A DNA stretch of 64,000 nt from Octopus vulgaris (GCA_951406725.2 OX597816.1:141360001-141424000), one strand, 5' to 3'. Positions 25,488 to 38,628 are shown, counted from the first letter of the stretch. A program made the numbers and translations. The notes: generated from the letters alone by a model not told the origin.

Positions 25488-26804
25488 TACAAGGTGGTAT
25501 CAAATGCTCCCAGACTAGTTCTATAGTGCACCAACAGATGGCAGCACACACATACATGTGCAGTGAGAGCTAGAGGTGACCTTCATGAGGCAATGTGGTG
25601 AGTGACATCACTGTGTTTACTTTGCAAGTTGTGAAATTTGTGAATTTGTGATCACATGTATGCTGTAGTTTGTGATTTTTGTCATGGACAGGAAGTTGGA
25701 ACAAAGAGCCAATATGAAATTTTGCATTAAACTTGGGGAGTCTGCTACAGAGACATTGAGCATGCTTTGGCAAGCTTATGCCAAGAAGGCAATGGGTTGT
25801 ATGCAATGTTTCAAGTGACGCAAGCACTTCAAAAGCGGAAAAATGTCCCTGGAAGATGATGAGTGATCTGAAAGACCTGCCCTGATCATCACCACAGGAA
25901 ATGTGGAGAAAATTCCTCAGCTTGTGCCTGAGGATCGTCGGAGGACAATCAATGACATTACTGATGTTGTTGGTCTACCATATCGGTCCATGCAGGCAAT
26001 CCTAACATCTGAATTGAACATGCGACATGTCTCTGCCAAGTTTGTACTCTACCTGCTGACCACCAAACAGAAAGGACATCACATCAAAGTCCATCAAAAT
26101 CTCCGTCAGGGTGCTACTGATGACCCATCCTTCTTGTCATGGGTCATCACCCGGTTGGGTCAACAGGTATGACCCTGCGATGAAGCAGCAGTCATCACAA
26201 TGGAAGGGCCTTCGTCTCCATGACCAAAGAAGGTACAACAGAGCCACAGCCCAATCAAGAGCATGCTCATCATTTTTTCTGACATCCATGGTATTGTGCA
26301 TCAAGAATTCATCCCCCAGTGCCCAACCATCAATCAAGAGTTCTACAGTGATGTTTTGAAGCATTTGAGGGAGGACATTTGGCGAAAGTGACCAGGTCTG
26401 TGGTGTGTGAAAAATTGAATTCTTTATGATGACAATGCACCCTGTCACTGAGTTCTCCTCACTCATGAATTTTTCACCAAAAAACAACATGGTATTGCTT
26501 CTGCACCTGCCCTATACACCAGATTTCTCATTTGTGGACTTCCATCTCTTCTCCAAGATGAAAATGCAGCCTAAAGGTTGCCATTTTAACACTGCTGTTG
26601 AGATCCAGAGCGAATCACAGAAAATCCTCAATTCACTTACAGAAAATGACTTCCAGGATAGATTCCAAAAATGGTAGAATCACTGCAACCAGTGTATTGC
26701 TGCATAGAGTGACTATTTCGAAGGAGATGATGTTAAAACTTAGGTAAATAAGTTATTTTTTATTAAGTATAACTAGTCCAGGAACCTTTTGATACCACCT
26801 CATA
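25488..26804 (+). mobile_element. Full-length (about 1.3 kb) inactive mariner element
   Basis: TA TSDs. TIRs CAAGGTGGTATCAAA...GACTAGTT and AACTAGTC...TTTGATACCACCTCA. Transposase pseudogene inside. Confidence 0.95.
25684..26743 (+). pseudogene. Mariner (DD34D) transposase pseudogene
   Basis: Reads MDRKLEQRANMKFCIKLGESATETL, EDRRRTINDI (HTH), VSAKFV, YDPAMKQQSSQW, DDNAPCH, PYTPDFSFVDFHLF and DYFEGD. The first catalytic D region is deleted, with several stops and frameshifts. Confidence 0.92.
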
Positions 26805-27315
26805 TATTCCAACAACAGAGCTTTGTATCTTTGTTAGAAACCAGCTCCTTCCTCAGAGGAAGAATTTAAACAGCTTAAACATAGAGGAGAACAAACAAAC
26901 AAACAAAACAAAACAAAACAAACCTACCTACTTACATACATACATACATACATAGTGAGGAAACTACAGCTCATGTCTGCATAATAAATTTTCATTTAAA
27001 TCTATTAGCAAAGGTATGCTGGGTTTCATTAAAGATTTGCTTAAAGGCCTCAAAATCCTGGGGTTTTCCAAGGAAGACCTACCTCTTTCAAATCCAATTG
27101 AATGGTGGTACCATGAACATTTCTAGAACGTTCTATTTGAATTATTTGGAATGAGTACATGCCCACAATCATATGTACACACAGAATAAATACACATATT
27201 TAAAATGTAATCACACACATGTACACACATACACACAGTAATATGTACACCCATTGCATGAGTGTAAGTATATCCACCCATACGCCATAATATATGCACG
27301 CATTAACAAACTCAC

Positions 27316-27402
27316 AAATCTCTGGAACTGCCTTGACTTGCACACAGAAGTCTTGTTGTTATGTTGGTGGCTGGCTTAAATTCTGCAAAGATGAACTTCA
27401 GT
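27316..27402 (-). CDS. Weak candidate internal exon (87 nt, or 67 nt from an alternative acceptor at 27382)
   Basis: Pyrimidine tract plus AG acceptor, GTGAGT donor and an open frame LKFIFAEFKPATNITTRLLCASQGSSRD. No recognisable homology. Confidence 0.2.
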
Positions 27403-29547
27403 CTTAAAGAAAGAAATATATATCTCTTGACAAAACACTTTTTGTTAACTAACTGTATGTACTTAATAAATGTTCTTACAGTAATCAAGACAGGATAATG
27501 ATTATACATCTAAATTCTTTACATGATATTGTTAAGACTAATGGGAAAATATAGTTGAACATTATTTTCTGTTTTGTGAAATACTGTTCTTTAAGTCATT
27601 TACTATTTCCAGCTCATCACTGATCTGATTTTCACCTACAGGCTGTCTCCAGCCATTGGCTTGGTTTTGCTTATGAGCAAATGCTACTAGCCACTGGCCT
27701 GTTGCTCTCTACTAGTACCAAGATAACCATAGATAATTTAGACTAGTCATCAAAGGAGGATGTCAATATGTAGATCACTTTGTATGTGCTGACTTTATGT
27801 GAAGCCTGTAGAATCAACGATATATATATGAAGTGTACATATATTGAAAAATATGGTAATATGGCATGTCAAAATAATTACAATAATTATATTGTCATAA
27901 TACAAATGGAAAAATAAAAAATAGAACCATGATTAAAAAGCATATGCACACAAAAAAAGACATGCATAACACAAGAAATTCCACATTTTGGTACATTACA
28001 ATGAAACTGAGAGAATATTAAATGTATATATGCATAAATATATACACACGTATGTAAACATTATAAACATGCATATAAATCAAATAGAAATAATAAGAAA
28101 CTATTATGTTTGTGTGTGCGTAACTATGCTTCTGTTTTAACTTTTATATGGCAAATTTTTCATATTTCCATATTAGTACTTCAAGTTTTATTTGTTGCAA
28201 CAAGCTTCCTAACTTCATCAATGATACAAGACTCGTCTGGTCTTATCATATGGATGAAAGGGTATTAGTGATGGTTGTTATTGCTGTTTTTTATTATAGA
28301 GACGAATCAAAGAAATAAAGTTGTGTCTACTTTTTTCATTGGTTATTACTGGACTTCAACACTTTCTGTCTGTTGATGCCAGGTCTCTTTCAGTTATAAG
28401 GAAATGGTTTGGTTCTAATGTCTATCTAATGTTTGTTTGTTGCAACAATATGCTTTTGATAATGTTTTGTGTTTTATTTTGCTGTTAATATAACTAATCT
28501 CGATTTCTTTTAGTACTTTAGTATTCTATATAAGATAATTGTGATGTCATTTTATGTTGTGTTATAGCATGTTGCTGACTGACCATAGATTTACAAGAAG
28601 TCAATGCACTCATTATGTCATGCAATACAATATAAAACTAGATAGAAAACAATACATTAATTACACCATTAAATATGATATATTGCTAATATATTTTGTT
28701 AATACTCGAGTCAACAAATACTAATTAGGTTTATATTCTTTCTCTCCTTGAAGTCATTCACATATGGCATGGCGATATAATATTCTGTATAGCATGATGT
28801 CATTCAATATATTAAATATTACTTGAATAGTTAAAAGATAGTGTGGGTGAACAGAGAGGGTATTGGATAACCAGTAAGAAGTTAGAGGTTTATATCCAGT
28901 CAACATTAAATTGTGTCAATAGCCAAAATACTTAACTTTAATAAGGCCCAGTCTAACAAGCTGTAAATAGTTACTAGAAAGGAGGAGCTACTTATCACTG
29001 TTGGCTTTCTAAATTTTGCAAATTTGGTTAGTTAACTTGCAATCATGAATTCTCTGTTCAACTACTCAAAGAAAGCGGTCAGGTAGTCAGTCTCAGATCA
29101 GAAAAAAAGTGGCAGTCATAGGTACTGCCTACACTCTCTTTACTAAAATTTATACGCAAAAAGAAAGGAAACAGAAACCACTAGCTGATGAGTTACATTA
29201 GGTTTAGACTCTGCTCTTCTGATTACTGGCTGTGTGTGATGATTAAACTCTTCATGCACAGATATCACCACCAGGTAAACATATATCTCAGTTACAGCTG
29301 AGAATCAGTCACATTATCCTGCTGGTTGTAACCATTTCACCTCAGGTCATCTCTGATCAAGCAGACCTAAGATCAAAGGTATTCCAGCTGTGATTATCTT
29401 TTTGTATAGTTAGTGCTATATTTTCCACTGTGTCCTTCCCCCTTTTTTTTTTTAGATAATTAAATGTTGTTTTAAGAAATTTATTTATTATTTCTGGCAA
29501 ATATTAGTATTTGATATGAATTTAGTATTTGAAAGATTATATATATG

Positions 29548-29593
<46 letters not shown>

Positions 29594-30337
29594 TAGATAT
29601 ATATAATACATATACACATATATAAACTGTGATTTTTTATTTATCAGTCAATGATATCAACATTGTATATTGTGAATGAAAGCAGTTTTTAAGAAAAAGA
29701 AAGCCATATATTTATAAATGTTTATAGTCTAACTGTTGTTCTTAAATAAGATTACAATCTTAGTTTTTTTTTACTTTAGGAATTACTATATAATAATCAG
29801 ATCTCTCTTTGAAAAACTAGGGCGAACAATGACTAGAAAACTCTGTGTGTGTGTGTGTGTGTGTGTGCACGCGCACACACACACACACGCACATACACTT
29901 TAAATTATTGAATACAATTTCTGCTCTGTCAATTTCATGAAATAATCATCAAATAAACTTGGTGTTAAAATATATATATATATATAAAAAGTATAAAAAA
30001 ACTCCCAAACAATTGCTATGAAAGAATTGCCATTTTCAATATCAAACGTAAGTATGTGTATGCACATGTGTGTGCATATGTATTTATGAATGTATGCTTG
30101 CATATATATATGTGTATAAGAGTATATATATGCATATGGATGTACATTCTATATCTGTATGTGTGTTATATATATATAATATGCATATGGATATATATAT
30201 GTAAATACACACACACATACACAGATGAATATGCATAAGTTTGCATAACAATATACTTTTCCTTTCAACAAAATGGATATTCCCTTTAATTAGTTATTTT
30301 TAACTACCCTGATAGTCTACAATCCATATTGTATAAC

Positions 30338-30378
<41 letters not shown>

Positions 30379-31150
30379 TTTCATTTTCACTTTCTTCTTC
30401 TTCTTATGCTTTTAGTATTTCTTTTCTCCTCTACACACAATGTACAATGTCATTTGATCTTATACACCATATTTCAAAATTTTCAAAGTCTTCTTATATA
30501 TTATGGAAAAAAATATGAGATAGATTGGTAGGTAGGAAAATAGACAGGTAAGTAGAAAAGTAGGTAGGTAGTATATAGGTATGTATGTACATGTGTGGTG
30601 TGTGTGTATATATATGTGTGTGGGTGATACACACACATACACACACACATACATACACACATTTTCCTTGCTATATATTATTTTTCCTCATTTTTTATTA
30701 TGCCTTTTCTTTACTCTCTATACAATCTTTAACATCATTTGATCTTAGAGACTACATTTCAACATTTTTAAAGCTATTTATTTTGTAGTTATTTTCAGAA
30801 ACAATTACCTATCTGTGTCTGTCTGTCTGTCTGTCTATCTACATATGGGTATAATTATGTATGTATGCATGCATGTATGTATAGACGGATAGGTAGGGAG
30901 GTAGTAATTGTTTTTGAAAATAAATAATATGTCTGCAATACACACATAAGCATATGTGTATTGTGTCTTTCTCTCTATATATCTATATAAACATACACAC
31001 ATATGTGTATACATCAAAAGCATTTCCCTGTAAAATATATAATTCAGTATCTATCATAAAAAGGATGACACTGAAATCTTTGTTCAGCATTCATCATATC
31101 TTATATATGTACATACATATATATACACACACACACACATATATATGTAC

Positions 31151-31185
<35 letters not shown>

Positions 31186-32461
31186 TACATATATATGTAT
31201 ATACACATACACACACATATATATGTATACATACATATCTACACACACATATACACACACAACTAATCAAAAAGTAAGTTGCTAACATTTTAACACTTAA
31301 ATTACACAAAGTTTGCTGATGCAGTAAATTTCCTATGAAATCTATTATGAGGAGGACTGTCATTTTTTATTTTATTTTAGTAACTCTCATCTATACTCAG
31401 TATGCAGGTCTCAAAAATACATAAAAATAGCTTTTTGACTGATCATTTAAAATTAGACTTTTTGCATACTTTATTCCCAATCAATAATAATTATTTTTCA
31501 GAGGTTTATTTTGTTATTACCTAATTTCACTGCTGTACTGAGTGTAGCTCTGTGAGACTTTTGTATGTGCCATGTTTTGCTTTGATTTTATATTTTCTAA
31601 CATGTGCATTTCCCCTAGTGGTCACAGATATTACAAGGGAGATAAACCTTTCTTCATAATATGTGGTGAGGTAAGAAATTTGAATTTGAAATTATGGAAA
31701 AAGATTAACAGAATTCATATATTCAATTGCTTTTGTTTACTTACAAAGTTCTTAAAACTTTTAGTCAGTAATAATCTTGTATAATGCTATTTCATTCTTT
31801 TTAGAAATCATCAATGATATAACCTGCAACTCACTAATCAAACATTTTATGAAGTGAGATATTTCATTAAAGATAGAAATAAGTACAGTCTGGAGGAAAT
31901 TCATGCAAATCTTTTGTCTTTCTCTTCATAGAGCATTGGAAGTTTAGCAACTGATAAAAATGAAAGTTCATAGTGTCCACATACAGGATAATAATTGCTT
32001 CCAGGGGATTCTACCTTCAAATATATCTTATAGTAACCAATAATTACAATTCTAACTACAAACAAGTTCACAGGTCATTTACCAATATATTCTTTGACGT
32101 GTAGGCATTTGTTTCCAGCTGCTATTTCATAGTGGTAATCCTTCATTATGTAGCAGAACAATAATCTATTCGTAAACATAATGTCTTGACAACAGCTTAA
32201 ATGGATTTGGTTGAAATCACAGCTCAAGTGTTTCAAACATATGAGGTTCCACTAGTAGTCACAGCTACTACATGGGAGATAATAATTTCTTCATAATATT
32301 TGGTTGAATCAGGTGCTGAAAGTATGCTGTGTTATGCATGTTCAGTATCTTGCAGTGCTATTTTCTTTTATGCTATGTCTTTGCTTAAATTCTGATGGGT
32401 ATATATATATATATATATATAAACGCTTTTTGGTCATTTCCTAGGCACCTATACTTATTAT

Positions 32462-32700
32462 TAGGTGGCAAATTGATTGGCAAACTGGTAGACTCAGTAA
32501 TGAATTGGGGAAAAAAGTTCTTTGCAGCATTTGCTTCATTACTTTGTTTTGAGTGCAAATTCTACTAAGATCAACTTTGCTTTTCATCCTTTCAGGGCTG
32601 ACAAAATAAAGTACCAGTCAAGTACTGGAGTTAATGGTAACAACTACATGCTCTCCCCTCAAAAATTGCTGGCCTTATGTCTAAATTAGAAATCACTTTA
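32462..32700 (+). mobile_element. SINE family B, diverged
   Basis: TCAACTTTGCTTTTCATCCTTTCAGGGCTGACAAAATAAAGTACCAG core. Confidence 0.7.
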
Positions 32701-33033
32701 TTATCACTGGAGTGTTACTTATCATATGATGAGCAGCTTTGGAAGTATACATTTGCCATCATCACGGGTAATATCAAGAAATATAGTGTGTTTGTGTGTG
32801 TATGTGTGTATATATATACATATATATACACATACACAATAATTATAATTTAACTTTTATCAAATTTCTTGGTGCTTATACAAAAGGATGAAATGAATTC
32901 TAATTTTCGAGAGAGAAATATTTATTATCTTAAAATAAAATTAAATAAAATAAATTTCTCATTTTTGTAAATTCTCTAATGACTACTGTCATATACACTC
33001 CCCCCCTCTGTCTCACTGATATTTTCATCTCAC

Positions 33034-33035
<2 letters not shown>

Positions 33036-33090
<55 letters not shown>
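33036..33090. repeat. (TG)n microsatellite
   Basis: Seen directly. Confidence 0.95.
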
Positions 33091-33093
<3 letters not shown>

Positions 33094-33399
33094 CTGTGTT
33101 CTTTGCTCATTGTCTGTGACCACTCCTTGTATTAACACTCATCATGTACCTCTTACGTTAATTTTCTTTTTCTCTTTCCCTGCTCTTTCTATACAATATA
33201 AAGTGCGAAGAAATCAACTAACCAACCAAGATTTATATTGGCTAATTCTGCCAATATCAGCTTTGCCTTTCATCCTTTTAGAGTCACTAAAATAAGTACC
33301 AGCTGAGCACTAGGGTTGATGCAATCGACTTATCCCCTCCCCAAAATTGCTGGCCTTGTGCCAAAATTTGAAACCTTTATCATTTTCATTCTTTGTGTT

Positions 33400-33910
33400 A
33401 AATGTTGTACATTCTTTGCAACTCATTCTTGTGTCTTTTCCTCAACATCTTTTCTATGGCTACATTTATTCTTCTAAGATCTCTACTGAGTTGTTCAATT
33501 TGGTTCTCAAGTCTTCATTTTCAACATGGAACTTTGTCTGTCCAATGCTTTCTTTGGCTTTTAACCCCTAAAATTTCCACAGCGGAGATTGTTTAGGTCT
33601 TATATTTTCAAAACAGATTTTTGTTAATAGCTTATCCATCTTCTTCCCTACTTTATGTAGTTTTCCTTTCTCAATTCCTCTCAAGGCTGGTGGTTGTCTT
33701 ACTTTCACGAGTTCAGGTCTCATTTAGGCATTGTAATAAGCTCCTTTCTTCCTCTGTAATGTTCCTTCCACAAATTTATCTTTATCTGGGCTGTTATTTC
33801 TTTCCTGCAGATTTATTGACCTCTCTACTATTCCTTGTTCTATATCTTTTTCTTTTGCTCTATGTAGTCATGTTTTCTTTCTTTCATTGCTGGGACAGCA
33901 ATTGCCTTTT
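33400..33910 (-). mobile_element. R4/Dong-like LINE ORF N-terminal remnant
   Basis: The minus strand reads PC*K*RLENQIEQLSRDLRRI, resembling the PPWKRRLE..I..LR.DL block. Confidence 0.45.
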
Positions 33911-33914
33911 CATA

Positions 33915-34535
33915 GCATTGGTTTCAGAATTGTTAGCATGCTGGACAAAATGCTTAGTGGCATTCCTTCCAGCTTTATGATCTAAGTTCCAATGCTGCCA
34001 AGGTCGATTTTGCTGTTCATCCTTTCAGGGTAGAAAAAAATATGCACCAACTGATCATTGGGGTCGTGCAATTAACTAGCCCCTCCATGCAAATTTCAGG
34101 CCTTGTACCTATGATAGAAAGGATTGTTACAGTTGTCACTATTATTATTAAGGCTGCAAGCTGGCCAAATTGCTAGCATGCTGGGCAAAATGCTTTGTGA
34201 CAATTGCATCTGTCTTTTCATTCTGAGTTCAAATTCTGCTAAGATTGACTTTACTTTTCATCCTTTCAAGTCTGATAAAAATGAAATAGCAGTTAAGTAC
34301 CAGGGATAGAGTAATTGACTAACCACCTCTCATCAAAATTGCTGGCCTTATGCCATCATTAGTATTATTAAGATGGTGAGCTGGGAGAATCATTACAACA
34401 TCAGACAGAATGCTTAATGATATTTCTTCCAGCTCTTTCCATTCTGAGTTCAAATTTTGCCCAGGTCAACTTTGCCTTTCATCTTTCAGGGTCGATGAAA
34501 TAAGTACCAGTTGAGCACTGGGATCAATGTTATCA
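33915..34535 (+). mobile_element. Three head-to-tail SINE family B copies
   Basis: The core recurs at about 34000, 34240 and 34460. Other copies at about 33240-33378, 35296-35482 and 35936-36126 (-). Confidence 0.8.
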
Positions 34536-34537
34536 AT

Positions 34538-34787
34538 AAGCTCTTTCATCAGACATTCTGTGACCTCTTTAGCAACTCTCTGTCTCACATATCTCCTATT
34601 GTACTTCAGCTTTATTTTTATTATTTTGGTTTCTTTGTCAAAGCTCTTACATTGCACATTCTGTGACCTCTTCAGTGACTCTCTATACCATGTGGACTAA
34701 GCAGAACAAGAGGAGACGTGTGGGATAGAGAGTCACTGAAGAGGTCACATGATATGTGACAAAAGAGCTTTAATAAAAAGAAACTAA

Positions 34788-34822
<35 letters not shown>

Positions 34823-34832
34823 GGCTGTAGTA
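34538..34832. repeat. 103-bp tandem plus inverted repeat with three degenerate hammerhead-like cores
   Basis: AAGCTCTT...CTGTGACCTCTT starts at 34538 and 34641, with an inverted copy at about 34705-34832. CUGAAGA lies at 34736-34742 (+) and 34669-34675 (-). Confidence 0.65.
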
Positions 34833-36890
34833 AAGACCAAACATATAGTGCATGTATTTAATTGGCAAAATATGACCATCACCAAGTATTATGATATCTG
34901 TTTCAACACACGATTTCACACCAGGAATCTTGCAAAACAAATACATAAATGTAAAAATAATATTAGCTAATCATTAATATCATTTTTTGCTCATGAGTAT
35001 TTTTAGTGAGTAATGATATTGACAGATATAGCAACGATGGTGACTGAAAGTCTGCTACATCATTATGACGATGGTAGTAGTTATATTAACGATGGTAATG
35101 GTGATAATGATGAATGATGCTGAAATGTGTTAAAGGGAAATATCAATGATGACAAGAATAATAATTACAGTTGCTGCATAGGTAGTGGTAGTTGTTGTTG
35201 TGATGGTAGTCAACTGGTAGTAATAAATTTATAACTATTTGAGGTGATATCTGTGGAGAATATACTGGTATTAATATTTATGCAAACTTTACTGTGCTGG
35301 GCAAAATGCTTAGTGGAATTTTGTCCATCTTCAAGTTTTGAGTTCACATTCCTCTGAGGTCAGCTTTGCCTTTCATCTTTTTGGGGTTGATGAAATAAGT
35401 ACCAGTTGAGTACAGGAGTCACTGTAATTGACTAATCTTTTCCATCGAAATTGCTGGCCTTGTGCCAAAATTTGAAATCAATATTTATGCAAACTCATAC
35501 ATCATCTTTGACAGGAGAGTTCATCATATATATATCTACAATAGATTTCTTTCAGTTTCTATTTACCAAATCCAGTGATTCAGTGTCATGGTGACATGTA
35601 TGTATGATGTGTGTGTGTGTGCAAATGTTTGTCTTCTTGTCTTGACATTTATGTGATTGTTGTAAATAAATGTCATGACTGGCTGTATGGAAATATTACC
35701 TTGCTTGGAAATAGGTAAGGATTGACAACAGGAAAGGCATCCAGATGTATATAAAATTTGCTTCAGCAAACTATGTTCAACCCATGGAAGCATGGAAATG
35801 TGTATGTGAAAATGATGATGAGGAATATGAGTATTAAATTTATAAGCTGTCCTCAAAGAAAGACATCTATGTCAGGCAGAAATAAATTACAAACGTCCAT
35901 TTCTAGAACTGACTTGAAGAAATATTGTACATTATTTAGCACAAGGCCAAAAGGTTTGAAGGGAGTATAAAGTTAATAGAATCAATCCCCAGTATATGTC
36001 TGGTGTTATCTTATCAACAGTCTAGATGAAAACCAAAGTTGACTGTGGTGCAACTTGAACTCAGAATTTAAAGCACTGTAACAAAGTACTGTAAGGCATT
36101 TTGTCCAACTTTAATAATTCTGCCAATCCTCGACTAAAGGCGGTGCTCCAGCATGGCCGCAGTCAAATGACTGAAACAAGTAAAAGAGTAAAGAATAATA
36201 TATATATATACGCTTATAGTATTTCATCTCATGAAACACATGCACGCACAACTGTTGCTGAAAAATATTCAAATATATCATAATAACCATAAAGTACAAT
36301 CTTCTATTATGGAATATGAATATAAACTCAGCAACTCAAAGCTAGTGTGCACTGCAAAAACAAATGTCATGATTTACCATTAGAGCCTGTTATCCTCCAT
36401 CTTAGTGTTATATCATTCTTATATATATATACATATACGCATACATATGATGGGCTGCTTTCAGTTACTGTCTACCACATCTACTCATAAGGTTTTGGTC
36501 AGCATGGGGCTATACAAATTTATTTCTTATTTAAATATTTTTGATTCGGTATCAAGCTGACTTATATAATGTAAATACCATTTATACACAGCTAGTACAA
36601 TGTAGAAATGGTTTCTTATATGATTTGACAGTTATAGAGAATTGTACCATTATTATATACACCAATCATTGAGATGTTACATATAGTGTAATTGTTTTAC
36701 ACACACAAACACACGCACGAACATACACAGACACACACAAACATATATGGAAACTGGTTTTATCATATTATAAAAAATTGGCTGGTTGATTATATACTCA
36801 GTAACCAATTTATCATATATTGTAACGAAGTGGATTATTGTGTATATAAAAACTGATTTGGTTATGTAACTGTGTGTGTGTGTGTGTATG

Positions 36891-36924
<34 letters not shown>

Positions 36925-36930
36925 TGTATG

Positions 36931-36997
<67 letters not shown>

Positions 36998-37000
36998 ATA

Positions 37001-37353
37001 TAAATAAAGTTAATCCAAACATGAAAACACAATGAGAAAACACAACAACGCGAGGACGTGGAACAAGTATAGTATTATTGGAAGACAACAAAAGAATGAA
37101 AGAGACCTCGATATTATGTAAATGGAGGAATTTATCTGTAAATGTAATATGTGACAATTATTCAGTAGCCATGATAAAACTCCGAGTTTTGGATGCCGAG
37201 GTGGAAATCCATGCCGTTATCTCTTCAGTTATCTGGCCATCGGATGGCTGGATAGCTGAAGAGATGGCAGCCTGGATTTCCACCTCGGCATCCAAAACTC
37301 GGAGTTTTATCATGGCTACTGAATAATTGTCACATATCACATATTACATTTAC

Positions 37354-37358
<5 letters not shown>
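37001..37358. mobile_element. Fold-back element in a (TA)n tract, containing a 226-bp palindrome (Penelope-like pLTR candidate)
   Basis: Arms 37133-37241 and 37243-37358 are reverse complements, with 7 mismatches and one 7-nt duplication. The Penelope assignment is inference from the hammerhead-like cores and inverted layout. Confidence 0.7.
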
Positions 37359-37400
<42 letters not shown>

Positions 37401-37401
<1 letters not shown>

Positions 37402-37845
37402 GAAGGTACATAGCTTAGTGGTTAGAATGTTGCACTCATGATTATGAGATCATGGTTTCTGTTCCTAGACCAAGCATTGCATTGTGTTCTTGAGCAAAAC
37501 ATTTCATTCCACACTGTTTTGCAATCATTTTGTCATCTGACATGTGACACTTTGTGCACCTGTACAGGTAATGTCGATTTACTGGAGGGAAGGAGCTTAT
37601 GGGAACACAAACATTTGATCACTATAAACAAATCATCTGTGTGATTGTTTAGCAAGAGACTGCAGAACTCTCATACATTCCTTTGCCATTCCCTTGGACA
37701 ACATCAGTGGTAGAGAGAGGGGAAGAGACTGGTATGTGTGGGTGACTGCTGGTCTTCTGTAAACAACCGTGTCCAGACTGGTGCCTTAGGAACTTTCTAG
37801 GTGTAATCCCATGGTCGTTCATGAAGAAAGGGAGTCTTTACCCTT
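37401..37845 (+). mobile_element. tRNA-derived SINE family F
   Basis: A-box-like TAGCTTAGTGG. Shares ACATTTGATCACTATAAACAAATCAT with 61335-61602. Confidence 0.65.
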
Positions 37846-37849
37846 TTCT

Positions 37850-38137
37850 TATTGGTCAGACTATTGGATGTTGTTATACCCCACTGGTCACAATGTGTTT
37901 CCTTGCATTGCCCTCGCTTTGAAATGATGTTACCACACTAGCTAGGTGGGCAGGCCAACATTCTCCATGAATGGAAAACTAGACTGTCACAGGGCGACCC
38001 ATTTACAGCTGAATGGACTGCTGCGATGGGAAATGAATTGTTTTGCTCAAAAAACACAGTGCATCACTGGTCTGGGAATCAAAATCACAGTCTTGTGATT
38101 GTGAGTGCAACACTCTAACCACAAAGCCTTGTACCCT
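37850..38137 (-). mobile_element. tRNA-derived SINE with a head related to family F
   Basis: The minus strand reads GTGGTTAGAGTGTTGCACTCAC...TTGATTCCCAGACC...TTGAGCAAAACA...CAGCTGTAAATGGG. Confidence 0.6.
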
Positions 38138-38553
38138 TACACACACACACACACACACATACACACACGCCATCTCCCTCTATCCATTTGCCACTCACCT
38201 CTCACACTCCCATGAACTTAGCCACCCATACAACTTCTCTATTCACCTTCCAGTAACCTGAGGGTTCACACAGATACATTTTCATCACCATCTTCTTTCT
38301 CTTCCTGCAGGGGTAACCATGTATCTCCCCTACAGCAAAACACCTATTCCTGTCCTAAACCATACATACACTACTAGTATATTAAAGTTTATTAGTTAGT
38401 ACTGTGTCATACTTTTGTGTTAGCAGTGGGATACAATCACTTTTAAGTTATCTTTACAGATTTTCTATAGAACTTAGAGCCAGAACTGAAAGTTATAATG
38501 TTTCATAATTGATTAAGTCTATGTAAACAATGTGATTGAAGTTAGAAAAATGG

Positions 38554-38557
<4 letters not shown>

Positions 38558-38628
<71 letters not shown>

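Noticed and set aside
32285-32322. GESGA-like myosin P-loop after a 1-nt shift
   Set aside because: It needs a frameshift, lacks GKT, and no other myosin motifs are nearby.
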